NCBI GenBank assembly: GCA_963704885.1
Contig: CAVPIB010000004.1
Location: forward strand, 384,001 to 448,000
Source: an uncultured Actinomycetes bacterium
Lineage (GTDB): Bacteria; Actinomycetota; UBA4738; HRBIN12
Length of the DNA stretch: 64,000 bases
Direction of reading: 5' to 3'
Of this stretch, positions 1 to 9,520 are shown piece by piece. Numbering within the stretch: the stretch's first letter is position 1; the number at the start of each line of letters is the position of its first letter. The notes beneath the pieces are model-generated. The model was given only the letters and a program-made list of their open reading frames with translations, had not been told where the DNA came from and made no database searches. The translations under genes and the position numbers were made by a program.

Positions 1-64
1 GGATGTGCACCTGAACCCCGCCCGCGTCCTCCCAGGCGTACGGGCAAGCCAGAGCGATCCTCAC
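1..64 (-). CDS. GT4 glycosyltransferase, PimA-like (5' end only; runs off the window)
   Basis: GTG at 64 reads MRIALACPYAWEDAGGVQVHI, a typical GT4/PimA N-terminus. It overlaps the acyltransferase stop and fits the pgsA-patA-pimA order. Confidence 0.65.
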   Translation of the reverse strand, partial: MRIALACPYAWEDAGGVQVHI

Positions 65-984
65 GGATCCCAGCCGGGTTGGAACATGTGCCAGTCCGAC
101 GGCGCGGCGGAGATCGCCTCCTCGAACCCCCGCGCCATCTTGGCGGTGAGGGCCTGCACGTCGGCACGACGATCCCCGGTCGGCTCCACGGTGATGGGTT
201 CGCCGATGTGGAGACGCCATCCACCCGGGGTCGTGTACGTCGGGGTGACCAAGAGCGGCGCGCCCGTGGTGATCGACAGTAGGGCGGGTCCGGCAGGAAG
301 CCGCCTGGGTCGGCCGAACATCTCCACGTCGACGCCGCGTCCGCTGAAGTCTCGGTCGGCGACGAGCGCGACCACCTGGTTAGCCGCGATCGCTCTCACC
401 AGGCGGCCCCCCACGTTCGCATCCGAGAGACCGATGATCTGCATCCCCAGCGCTTGCCGGTGACTCAGGAAGAGCTCGTACAGCCGCCGGGGATGGAGCT
501 CCTCCGCCACGGCGACCAAGGGCAGATCGATCGCTTTCATCCAGCGACCCACCGCATCCCAGTTGCCGAGGTGTGGCAGGACCGCGATCACGCCGGTGCC
601 GGCGGCCAATGGAGCGCGGAGCCGGTCGACGGTCTCGCACTCCATCCTGTCCATGATCTGCGCATCCGAGAGCTTGGTGAGATGGAACGAGTCCACCCAA
701 TAGCGCGAGTAGAGGGCGAAGGCTTCCTCCGCCGACGCGCGTACGAGAGGATCCTCGATGGGTCTCCCGAGCACCTGGGCCTGGTTCGCTAGCACGACCG
801 CACGGGCACGGGGAGCTATGTGGAACGCCATCCGTCCTGCCCGCGTGAAGATCGCCCTGCCCGTCTTCTCGGGAAGGACGAGCGCCAAGCGTTCGAGCGC
901 CTGATAGGCGAGGACGATCGCGCGCTCCTTCGGGGTCTCTGGCGCAGCTCCGGTGACCGTCGGCTCGTCGAGCGCTTGGGTCAA
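61..984 (-). CDS. patA: Phosphatidylinositol mannoside acyltransferase (PatA / lipid A lauroyl acyltransferase family)
   Basis: PHLGNWD (HxxxxD), LVADRD and DWHMFQPGW motifs. TTG start chosen from the TTGA overlap with the upstream stop. Confidence 0.85.
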   Translation of the reverse strand: MTQALDEPTVTGAAPETPKERAIVLAYQALERLALVLPEKTGRAIFTRAGRMAFHIAPRARAVVLANQAQVLGRPIEDPLVRASAEEAFALYSRYWVDSFHLTKLSDAQIMDRMECETVDRLRAPLAAGTGVIAVLPHLGNWDAVGRWMKAIDLPLVAVAEELHPRRLYELFLSHRQALGMQIIGLSDANVGGRLVRAIAANQVVALVADRDFSGRGVDVEMFGRPRRLPAGPALLSITTGAPLLVTPTYTTPGGWRLHIGEPITVEPTGDRRADVQALTAKMARGFEEAISAAPSDWHMFQPGWDP

Positions 985-1511
985 GCGCGTTCCTCCTTCG
1001 CCACCTGGCTCGTGCGTACCGCCACCGCCGCCACCATCAGCCCGGCGGCGACCCAAACCGTCCAGGCCAGCCAACCGAACGCCAAGCCCACCACGATCAG
1101 CGCGTACCGGACGCCTCGCGTCACATGGCTCTCCTCGACCGTGTATCGGAGCGCTGCCCCCCGCGCGCGCACGTAGGAGGAGAGGAAGCTCGCGCCAAGC
1201 GCCACCAGCGCTCCCGCGGCGATGGCCGGCGCCGGTTCGCGAGCGGCCCAGGCGATCGGCGCCAGGACGGCCCCGTCCCACAGTCGGTCCAAGATCTCGT
1301 CCAGCATCCGGTCGAGCGCGTCGCCCGCTCCATGGTTGGCTCGGTGCCCGCCTATGAGTAGGCAGATGCCGGAGGCCCCGGCCGCCAAGGCCGCCGGGAC
1401 GTTGCGGCCGAGGAGGATCAACGCCCCGGCCATAAGAGCCAGCACGGCTCCCCCCACGAGGGACAGCCGTGTGGCGGTCGTGCGGGGACGAACCGGGAGG
1501 TGGGTGGCCAT
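981..1511 (-). CDS. CDP-alcohol phosphatidyltransferase-like membrane protein (PgsA position, degenerate motif)
   Basis: LDEILDRLWD and SYVRARG segments, multiple TM helices and pgsA-patA-pimA synteny. The first half of the signature is degenerate. Confidence 0.7.
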   Translation of the reverse strand: MATHLPVRPRTTATRLSLVGGAVLALMAGALILLGRNVPAALAAGASGICLLIGGHRANHGAGDALDRMLDEILDRLWDGAVLAPIAWAAREPAPAIAAGALVALGASFLSSYVRARGAALRYTVEESHVTRGVRYALIVVGLAFGWLAWTVWVAAGLMVAAVAVRTSQVAKEERA

Positions 1512-1571
1512 CGGGTCGGCGCGAGCGTAGCACTCTCGTAGAATCGCCCGAGTCCCGCCACTAAGGAGTCC

Positions 1572-3665
1572 GTGTTGAAGACCTACGACGCGAAGGACAT
1601 CCGCAACGTCTTGCTGGTAGGCCACGGCGGCTCCGGGAAGACCACGCTCCTGGAGGCCATGCTCTTCACCTCAGGTGCGATCACCCGCATGGGCACCGTC
1701 GAGGATGGCAACACCGTCTCGGATCACGATCCCGACGAACAGCGCAAGGGCATCTCCGTCTCGCTCTCCATGGCCCCGGTCGAATGGGAGGGAGTGAAGA
1801 TCAACGTCCTCGACGCGCCGGGCTACGCCGACTTCATCGGCGATCTGCGCTCGGCGGTCCGCGCCGTGGACGCGGTCATAGTCGTCGTCTCGGCGGTGGA
1901 TGGGGTCGAGGTCCAGACCGAGGCGGCGTGGGAGCTCGCCGTCGAAGCGGGCCTGCCCCGCGCCATCTTCGTCAACAAGCTCGACCGCGAGCGCTCTTCC
2001 TTCCAGGGCACCCTGGATCAGCTCGTCTCGTCCTTCGGTAACCAGGTGGCGCCGCTCGAGCTCCCGATCGGCGCCGAGCACGAGTTCTCGGGCGTCGCCG
2101 ACCTCCTGCACGAGAAGGCGGATCTGTACCCGAGCGGTCCTATCGCGCAGGAGGGTGAGTGGCCCGATGAGATCCACGCCATCGCCGACCCCGCCCGCGA
2201 GAAGCTCATGGAAGCCGTGGCCGAGGGTGACGACGACCTGATCGAGAAGTACCTGGAAGACGGCGCGCTCGAGGAGCACGAGATCGTGACCGGCGTCAAG
2301 ACCGGGTTCGCGAACGCGCGGATCGCGCCGGTGATCTGCGGCTCGGCCGCTAAGGCGATAGGGGTCGACCGACTGCTGGCGTTCATAACGGAGGAGTTCC
2401 CCTCCCCGCTCGACCGCGCACCCGTCGAGGTGAGCGGGAAGACCGGCGACCCCAAGGAGCGCGCGAGCGATCCCGGTGGACCCACGACGGCGTTCGTCTT
2501 CAAGACGGTCTCAGACCCGTTCGTGGGACACATCACCATGTTCCGGGTCTTCTGCGGCAAGGTCCGTCCCGACTCCTCAGTGTTCAACGCGACCCAGAAC
2601 ACGGAGGAACGGGTTGGACAGCTGTTCGCCCTGCGCGGCAAGGAACACGAGAGCGTATCCGAGGTGGCCGCCGGCGACATCGGGGCGGTAGCCAAGCTCA
2701 CGCACACCCACACGGGCGACACGCTGTCCACCAAGGACGACCCCGTTCAGCTTCCCGCGATCGATCTGCCCGAGCCCTTGCTGGCCTACGCAGTGGAGCC
2801 CAAGACCAAGGGCGACGAGGACAAGCTCTCCACGGGCCTCGCGCGCCTGCGCGAGGAGGACCCCACGCTGCGCGTGGCCCGCTCGGACGAGACGCACGAG
2901 ACCGTGATGTATGGCATGGGCGAGGCGCACCTCGACGTGCAGATCGCGCGGCTCAAGCGGAAGTTCGGCGTGGAGGTGGCCACGCATCCCGCGAAGATCG
3001 CCTACCGCGAGACGATCAAGAAGAAGGCCAAAGGGCTGGGTCGACACGTGAAGCAGACCGGCGGCCACGGCCAGTACGCGGTGTGCAACATCGAGCTGGA
3101 ACCGGTGCCCCGCGGTGACGGATTCATCTACGAGAACAAGATCTTCGGTGGTGCGATCCCCTCGCAGTTCATCCCGTCGATCGAGAAGGGCATCGTGAAG
3201 ACAATGTCCGACGGCGTGATCAGCGGCAACCCCATGGTCGACATCAAGGTCACGCTAGTCGATGGCAAGTTCCACCCCGTCGACTCCTCGGACATGGCGT
3301 TCCAGATCGCGGGCTCGCTCGCTCTCAAGGATGCCGTCGAGGCCGCGGGCGTCGTGCTGCTGGAGCCCGTGGTCGACCTGGATGTCATCGTGCCCGACAC
3401 ATACACCGGCGACATCATGGGTGACCTCAACACCAAGCGCGGCAAGATCGGCGGCATGGAGCAGATCGGCGGAGGGAAGCAGCGGATCCATGCCCAGGTG
3501 CCGCAGGCCGAAGTGGCCCGGTACGTGATCGACCTCCGTTCCATGACCGGCGGCAGGGGCGCGTTCTCCATGGCCTTCTCTCACTACGAAGAGCTCCCGA
3601 GCCATCTGACACAGAAGGTCATCGCGGCGTATCAGACGGCCCGCGAGGAGGCACACAAGAAGTAG
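1572..3665 (+). CDS. fusA2: Elongation factor G-like protein (EF-G2/FusA2)
   Basis: GHGGSGKT, DAPG, NKLD, GMGEAHL, KQTGGHGQY and LRSMTGGRG motifs; AAGGAG Shine-Dalgarno. Confidence 0.93.
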   Translation: MLKTYDAKDIRNVLLVGHGGSGKTTLLEAMLFTSGAITRMGTVEDGNTVSDHDPDEQRKGISVSLSMAPVEWEGVKINVLDAPGYADFIGDLRSAVRAVDAVIVVVSAVDGVEVQTEAAWELAVEAGLPRAIFVNKLDRERSSFQGTLDQLVSSFGNQVAPLELPIGAEHEFSGVADLLHEKADLYPSGPIAQEGEWPDEIHAIADPAREKLMEAVAEGDDDLIEKYLEDGALEEHEIVTGVKTGFANARIAPVICGSAAKAIGVDRLLAFITEEFPSPLDRAPVEVSGKTGDPKERASDPGGPTTAFVFKTVSDPFVGHITMFRVFCGKVRPDSSVFNATQNTEERVGQLFALRGKEHESVSEVAAGDIGAVAKLTHTHTGDTLSTKDDPVQLPAIDLPEPLLAYAVEPKTKGDEDKLSTGLARLREEDPTLRVARSDETHETVMYGMGEAHLDVQIARLKRKFGVEVATHPAKIAYRETIKKKAKGLGRHVKQTGGHGQYAVCNIELEPVPRGDGFIYENKIFGGAIPSQFIPSIEKGIVKTMSDGVISGNPMVDIKVTLVDGKFHPVDSSDMAFQIAGSLALKDAVEAAGVVLLEPVVDLDVIVPDTYTGDIMGDLNTKRGKIGGMEQIGGGKQRIHAQVPQAEVARYVIDLRSMTGGRGAFSMAFSHYEELPSHLTQKVIAAYQTAREEAHKK

Positions 3666-3673
3666 CGGGTCTC

Positions 3674-3698
3674 AGGTTACTAGTCTGCCTCAGACTAC
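3674..3698. repeat. 25-bp semi-palindromic element, copy 1 (AGGTTAC-TAGTCTG-cct-CAGACTA-C)
   Basis: 23/25 identical to 40191-40215; lies at the fusA2/hydrolase convergent junction. Confidence 0.85.
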
Positions 3699-4508
3699 CT
3701 CCGCCAGGAACCCGAGCAGGAGCCGGTCGAACTCCTGTGGGACGCGTAGGTTGACGACGTGATCCGCCCCGGGAACGGTCACCTTCCGAGCACCGAGGAT
3801 GCCCAGGGCGATCAGCTCACTGACCCGGCGCGCGTACGGCGGATCATGCTCGGGTAACAGCACCAGGGTGGGGACGTCGATCTCGGAGAGCCTGTGCGCG
3901 GCCGGCGGATCCAGCTCCTCGTGCGCGGCCTCGTCCATGGTCATCTCGTGCAGGTTGTCGAAGGCGATGCTGCGGATCCGGCTCCCGGGCTCATCCTGCG
4001 TGCCGAGCGGCGCCCATATCCGCAGACGTAGTTCCTCCGCCGCCACCAGATCGCCGGCATCGATCGCGGCGTCGATGGGCGCCGAAACCTCCTCCCACCA
4101 GTCGTCCTCCTCCTGGAGCGCCTCGAACCCACCCAACGCCGAGGCCACCGGCACCAACGCGCTGACGCGATCCGGGTGCTCCAGCGTGAAGTCGATCGCG
4201 ACCCCGCCGCCCATGGAGCAACCGACCAGCACCGTCTGCTCTGATCCTGCGGCATCCAGGACTGAGACGAGGTCCCGGACGTTCGAGTAGGGCTCTCCGG
4301 TGAGGCGGCTGGATCGCCCGTAACCACGCAGGTCGTACCTGATGACCCTGTAACCCGCGTCGGCCAGGACGGGGACCTGTGGGTTCCAGGTCCTGGAGTC
4401 CCAGAGTCCCGGATGGATGAGTGTCACGTCCCGGCCGGCACCCGTCACCTCGTAGTAGAGGCGACCGCCGGGAACCTCGAGGAACGACGACCCTTCGGGC
4501 TCGCTCAC
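3690..4508 (-). CDS. Alpha/beta fold hydrolase
   Basis: HPG, DLRGYGRS, GCSMGG nucleophile elbow and C-terminal ADH. Confidence 0.9.
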   Translation of the reverse strand: MSEPEGSSFLEVPGGRLYYEVTGAGRDVTLIHPGLWDSRTWNPQVPVLADAGYRVIRYDLRGYGRSSRLTGEPYSNVRDLVSVLDAAGSEQTVLVGCSMGGGVAIDFTLEHPDRVSALVPVASALGGFEALQEEDDWWEEVSAPIDAAIDAGDLVAAEELRLRIWAPLGTQDEPGSRIRSIAFDNLHEMTMDEAAHEELDPPAAHRLSEIDVPTLVLLPEHDPPYARRVSELIALGILGARKVTVPGADHVVNLRVPQEFDRLLLGFLAEVV

Positions 4509-4993
4509 GGATCGAACCTGGGTTTCAGCCGCGCGAACGTCTCGGCCAACAGCTGCGGTAGCACGCGCGTCTCCCCCACGACCGGCATGAAGTTCGAGTC
4601 GCCCCCCCAGCGCGGCACGATGTGCCAGTGGAGGTGGTCGGGGATACCGGCCCCGGCGACTCTGCCGAGGTTAACCCCGACGTTGAAGCCGTGAGGATCG
4701 GATTCGGCACGCAGCGCTCGGACCGATCGCTGCATGAGATCCGCGATCTCCGCGTTCTCGCCGGCGGTAAGGGCGTCCAGCTCGCCGACGTGCCGGAGCG
4801 GCAGCACCAGCAGGTGGCCGGGGTTGTACGGGTACTTCGCCAAGGTCACGAACGCGAGCTCGCTCTGCGCGAGGATCCGCTCCTCGACCGGCCCCACGCC
4901 GGCCACGATCGCGCAGAAGACGCAGCCACCGTCCTCGGCTTCCTTGGCGGACTCGATGTACTGCATCCGCCAGGGACTCCAGAGGTGCTCCAC
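4505..4993 (-). CDS. HIT family hydrolase (Ap4A phosphorylase-like)
   Basis: LWSPWR, CVFC, YPYNPGH and HLHWH; adjacent to thrS. Confidence 0.92.
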   Translation of the reverse strand: MEHLWSPWRMQYIESAKEAEDGGCVFCAIVAGVGPVEERILAQSELAFVTLAKYPYNPGHLLVLPLRHVGELDALTAGENAEIADLMQRSVRALRAESDPHGFNVGVNLGRVAGAGIPDHLHWHIVPRWGGDSNFMPVVGETRVLPQLLAETFARLKPRFDP

Positions 4994-5000
4994 CCCGCCG

Positions 5001-6935
5001 TCAGCCCCCGAAGCGTGTCTGCTCGATAGCCCGCGACCCAACCTCTTGCACGAGCGCAGCCACCACGTCGTCGAACGCGAGCCCCGGGGTCTCGGTCCCC
5101 TCTCGATCGCGAACGGTGAAGGATCCGGCTTCGATGTCCCGGTCGCCCACCACGAGCGTGTACGGCGCCTTCATGAGCTGGGCGGCCCGGATCTTCTTGC
5201 CTACGGTCTCCTTCGAGTCGTCGACGAACGGGCGGAGGCCCGCCGCCCGAGCCTTTCCCGCGAGCTCCTCGCAGTGACCGACATGTCGGTCGGCCACAGG
5301 GACGAATCGGATGTGCTCGGGCGAGAGCCAGAGCGGGAACGCGCCAGCATAGTGCTCGATCAGCACCGCGCTGAATCGTTCCAACGTCCCCAGGATCGCT
5401 CTGTGCACCATCACCGGCCGGTGCCGCTTGTTGTCCTCGGCGGAGTACTCCATGTCGAATCGCTCGGGCAGCGCGAAGTCACACTGCACGGTCGTGAGCT
5501 GCCAGAGCCTCCCGATCGCATCCTTGAAGTGGAAGTCCACCTTCGGGCCATAGAACGCGCCCTCGCCCTCGGCCACCTCGTAGGCGAGCCCGCTCTTATC
5601 GAGCGCCTGCCGCAGCGCCTCCGTGGCGCGCTCCCACATCTCCGGCTCGCCGATAGCGAGCCCCGGCTTGGTGGACAGGTTCACTATCGGCTCGGAGAAC
5701 CCGAACGTGCGATGGATCTCGAGCGTCAGGTCGAAGACCGCGAGGATCTCATCCACCAACTGCTCCGGCGTGCAGATGATGTGTGAGTCGTCCTGGGTGC
5801 CGCCGCGGATCCGGAGCAACCCGTGGAGCGCACCCAGACGCTCGTATCGGTAGATGGTTCCGAGCTCGGAGATGCGCATCGGCAGGTCGCGATAAGAACG
5901 CACCTGCGACTTGTAGATCAGCACGTGAAACGGGCAGTTCATGGGCTTGACGAAGTACTCGTTGCCCTCGCCGTCGTCCATGACCGGATACATGTTGTCG
6001 ATGTACTTCGCGGTGTGACCGCTTGTATCCCACAGGTTCCGGCGTGCGAGGTGAGGGCTCACCACCAGGTCATAGCCGCGCTCCAAGTGCAGCTCGCGGA
6101 CGTAGTCCTCCAGCTCTTTACGGAAGATCCCGCCGCGGGCATGCCAGAGCCAGAGACCGGGACCCAGCTCGTCGGGCGAAGAGAACAGGTCGAGCTGTCG
6201 CCCAAGCTTGCGATGGTCCCGCCGCTCGGCCTCCTCCAGCCGCACCAGATAGGCGTCCAGGTCCGCCTGTTCGGCCCACGCCGTGCCGTAGATCCGAGTG
6301 AGCATGGGCCGCGACTCGTCGCCGCGCCAATAGGCCCCCGCCACGCTGGTCAGCTTGAACGCGCCCAGCCTTCCGGTGGAAGGAACATGCGGTCCGAGGC
6401 ACAGGTCGGCCCACCCGTCGTTCTGATACAGGGTGACGGAGTCACCCGAGCCAACTTCGCCCTCCTCGGCGCTCAGCCCCTCGACGATCTCGATCTTGAA
6501 CGGCTGATCCGTGAGGCGCTTCAGAGCCTCGGCCCGTGGGACCTCCTCGCGAACGAAGGGCTGATCCGACGCGACGATCTCACGCATCCGTTCCTCGATC
6601 GCCGGAAGGTCGTCGGATGACAGCGGCTGGGGCAGCTCGAAGTCGTAGTAGAAGCCGTCGTCGATCGCCGGGCCGATCGCGTACTTCGCGTCCGGGTACA
6701 GAGCACACACCGCCTGGGCCATGACGTGGGCCGTGGAGTGGCGCAGCACGTGCAGGCCATCTGCGTCCGTAAAGTTCACCGGGATGACGTCCGCATCTGC
6801 GTCCGGAACGAACGACAGATCGCGGAGCTCTCCATCCACCACGGCCGCGATGGCCTCGGCCGACAACCCGGACCCAACCGGCTCCCCCTCGGGAAGCTCG
6901 ATGTGCGATGCGTCGGGCAGGGTCAGGCGTGGCAT
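5001..6935 (-). CDS. thrS: Threonine--tRNA ligase
   Basis: HSTAH, DLCLGPH, DHRKLG, KPMNCP, GAFYGPK and HRAILG. Start set at 6935 because TATCAT (-10) lies 7 nt upstream (leaderless). Confidence 0.97.
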   Translation of the reverse strand: MPRLTLPDASHIELPEGEPVGSGLSAEAIAAVVDGELRDLSFVPDADADVIPVNFTDADGLHVLRHSTAHVMAQAVCALYPDAKYAIGPAIDDGFYYDFELPQPLSSDDLPAIEERMREIVASDQPFVREEVPRAEALKRLTDQPFKIEIVEGLSAEEGEVGSGDSVTLYQNDGWADLCLGPHVPSTGRLGAFKLTSVAGAYWRGDESRPMLTRIYGTAWAEQADLDAYLVRLEEAERRDHRKLGRQLDLFSSPDELGPGLWLWHARGGIFRKELEDYVRELHLERGYDLVVSPHLARRNLWDTSGHTAKYIDNMYPVMDDGEGNEYFVKPMNCPFHVLIYKSQVRSYRDLPMRISELGTIYRYERLGALHGLLRIRGGTQDDSHIICTPEQLVDEILAVFDLTLEIHRTFGFSEPIVNLSTKPGLAIGEPEMWERATEALRQALDKSGLAYEVAEGEGAFYGPKVDFHFKDAIGRLWQLTTVQCDFALPERFDMEYSAEDNKRHRPVMVHRAILGTLERFSAVLIEHYAGAFPLWLSPEHIRFVPVADRHVGHCEELAGKARAAGLRPFVDDSKETVGKKIRAAQLMKAPYTLVVGDRDIEAGSFTVRDREGTETPGLAFDDVVAALVQEVGSRAIEQTRFGG

Positions 6936-6963
6936 GCGCGCCATGATATCGGCCGCCGCCCCG

Positions 6964-9516
6964 CTACTCGTAGGTGATGGACTCCAAGACGTTCAACTTC
7001 GCGGCCCGTCGTGCAGGCCAGATGGCGGCCAGCACGCCGGCGAACCCAGCGAACACCACGTATGAGACGAGCTGTCCGATCGGGATCACGAGCTCGGTGA
7101 CGCCCTCAGGCGCCAGCGCCTGCTGCAGGGCCCACCCGAATCCCACACCGATCGCCACACCGAGGATGGCGCCCAGGATCGCGATGATCACCGACTCCCA
7201 CCGGATCATCCGTTTCACCTGTTTGCGGCCCATCCCCACCGCTCGAAGCAGTCCGAGCTCTCGGGTCCGTTCGAAGATCGACAACCCCAGCGTGTTCACG
7301 ATGCCGAAGAGCGCGATGAGGATCGCCATAGCCAGGAGCGCCGTCACCAGGCCGAGGAGCTGGTTTACGAACCCCGCCTGCTGTTCGCGGAAGGCGGTCT
7401 GGTCCTGGACCTGCAGGCCGCCGAAGTTCTCCGTGGCCGCTTCGATCGCGGTCTGCGCCGCGGCCGGGTCCGCGCCGGGCTCGAGCTTCACCATGGCGAA
7501 CCTGTCGAGTTGCTCGGCGAAGTAACGCTCGTACGTCTGGAGCGAGACCAGGTAGTCACCGTCGACGAGTCCCCGTTCGGCGAACGTGCCACCGAGCGTC
7601 AAGGGTTCCTCGCCGACCGAGGCGAACGCCGAGGGGATCTCGTCGCCCACCGCCCAACCGTTCTCTTCTGCCGTCTCGTCGAGGACGACTACGTGTCCGT
7701 CATCGAGCGACTCCAGCGCCCCCGGCGAGAACTCCATCGTCGCGACCTCGTCGATCGACGACGGGTCCACGGCGGTGAGGAACGCGGTCGAGCCATCCAC
7801 CTGGAACCCGCCCGATCGGAACTCCGCCACGGTCGCCACTCCTGCGACCTGACGCACTTCCTCGGCGGCGTCCGGGCTGAACGCCGTGAACGACGACGTC
7901 GTGAGCACGAAGTCGGCCTTCAGAGACTTCTGGAGCGCGACGTCGAACGACGACTTGAGCGAAGCCGAGAGGATGGACACCATCGATACGAGACCGAGAC
8001 CTATCATCAGCGCAGACGCCGTGGACGCGGTTCGGCGCGGGTTCCGCATGGCGTTCTCGCGACCGAGCTTCCCCTGAACCCCCATCCCCCGGATCGGCGC
8101 GCCGATCACGCTGGCCAGCGGCCGGGCTCCGAGCGGCAACAGGACCGCGATCCCCACGAACGTCAACGCGGCCCCTAACCCGATCAGCGTCCCCGCGTTC
8201 GACTGGTTGCCGAACAGGCCGTAGAGGAGCGCTGCCACGCCTACTCCCGCCACGATCAGGCCCGCGACCAACCTGCGGTGCAAAGACCCTCCGGGCCCCG
8301 TGTCCGCGGACTCTCGAAGGGCCTGCACGGGCGCAACGCGTGCCGCGCGCCGAGCCGGGAGGATGGCGGCGAAGACCGTGACCAGTGTGCCGACGACGAA
8401 CGCCCAGACGACGGTCCGAGGCTGGAGCTGAAGCGATGTGCTGGGCAGGTCTACCCCGAACACAGCCAGGAGACCCTGCAACCCGATCGCGATCCCGATG
8501 CCGGCCAACAGCCCGATCGCGGATGCGACCAGACCGATCACGAAAGCCTCCACCACGACCGAGGATAGGACCTGCCGGCGGCTCGCCCCGATCGCCCGCA
8601 GGAGCGCCAGCTCCCGCGTTCGCTGCGCCACGATGATCGAGAACGTGTTGAAGATGATGAAGGCCCCAACGAACAGCGCGATGAACGCGAAGACCAGGAG
8701 GGCGGTCCGGAAGAACCCGAGCGCCTCCTTCAGCTGTTTCGACTGCTCGTCGGCTACCGCGGTGCTCGTGACCGACTCGACACCTTTGGGCAGCACGTCC
8801 GCGATCCTCTGTTGAAGCTGGACCGCGGTGACGCCAGGTTCGGCAACCACGCCGATCTCGTCGAACACCCCGGTCTTTCCGAGCACGTCTTGCGCGGTCG
8901 GCGTGTCGAACAGAGCGAGCGTTGCGCCCGCCAGGTTGTCCGCGTCGCCGAAGCCCGCGATCCCCGAGATCGCGAATTCACGTGGCGGCCCCTGGAACAA
9001 GATCCGGATGACCTGTTTGATCTCGAGCCCATACTTCTTCGCGGTCCCGGCGTCGACCGCCACCTGGCCCGGGCCGACCGGCCTGGCGCCCGAGCGCAGG
9101 ACCAGGCCCGTGCTGGTGCTGCTCCAGTTAGCGCCGAGCGTGGGCGGACCGATACCGCCTATGGCGTCGCCGGTGGCCGGGTCGATCATCTGCGCGTACC
9201 CGAAGACGCCACCCTCGGCCGTCTCCACTCCCGGCACTTGTTGGATCGTCGGAAGGAGCGAGTCCGGGATGGTGCCGCGCTCGTTGCCGCTCCCTCCGCC
9301 GGGGCCACCCGCTTCCGGTGTGAAAGCCGAGGTGGCCCGCACGATCACGTCGGTCCCCGCAGAGGTCTCCGCGAACAGGTCGTCGAACGCTTTGTTCATG
9401 GTGTCCGTCAACACGAAAGTGCCGGCCACGAACCCGACGCCCAGAACGATGGACAGCGCGGTGAGGATCAGACGGAGCTTGCGCCCCAAGAGGCTCTTGA
9501 GGGTGGCTCGGAACAC
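6964..9516 (-). CDS. ABC transporter permease (FtsX/MacB-like, duplicated domains)
   Basis: QRTRELALLRAIG and ERTRELGLLRAVG repeats; many TM segments; 850 aa. Confidence 0.9.
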   Translation of the reverse strand: MFRATLKSLLGRKLRLILTALSIVLGVGFVAGTFVLTDTMNKAFDDLFAETSAGTDVIVRATSAFTPEAGGPGGGSGNERGTIPDSLLPTIQQVPGVETAEGGVFGYAQMIDPATGDAIGGIGPPTLGANWSSTSTGLVLRSGARPVGPGQVAVDAGTAKKYGLEIKQVIRILFQGPPREFAISGIAGFGDADNLAGATLALFDTPTAQDVLGKTGVFDEIGVVAEPGVTAVQLQQRIADVLPKGVESVTSTAVADEQSKQLKEALGFFRTALLVFAFIALFVGAFIIFNTFSIIVAQRTRELALLRAIGASRRQVLSSVVVEAFVIGLVASAIGLLAGIGIAIGLQGLLAVFGVDLPSTSLQLQPRTVVWAFVVGTLVTVFAAILPARRAARVAPVQALRESADTGPGGSLHRRLVAGLIVAGVGVAALLYGLFGNQSNAGTLIGLGAALTFVGIAVLLPLGARPLASVIGAPIRGMGVQGKLGRENAMRNPRRTASTASALMIGLGLVSMVSILSASLKSSFDVALQKSLKADFVLTTSSFTAFSPDAAEEVRQVAGVATVAEFRSGGFQVDGSTAFLTAVDPSSIDEVATMEFSPGALESLDDGHVVVLDETAEENGWAVGDEIPSAFASVGEEPLTLGGTFAERGLVDGDYLVSLQTYERYFAEQLDRFAMVKLEPGADPAAAQTAIEAATENFGGLQVQDQTAFREQQAGFVNQLLGLVTALLAMAILIALFGIVNTLGLSIFERTRELGLLRAVGMGRKQVKRMIRWESVIIAILGAILGVAIGVGFGWALQQALAPEGVTELVIPIGQLVSYVVFAGFAGVLAAIWPARRAAKLNVLESITYE

Positions 9517-9520
9517 TCGC

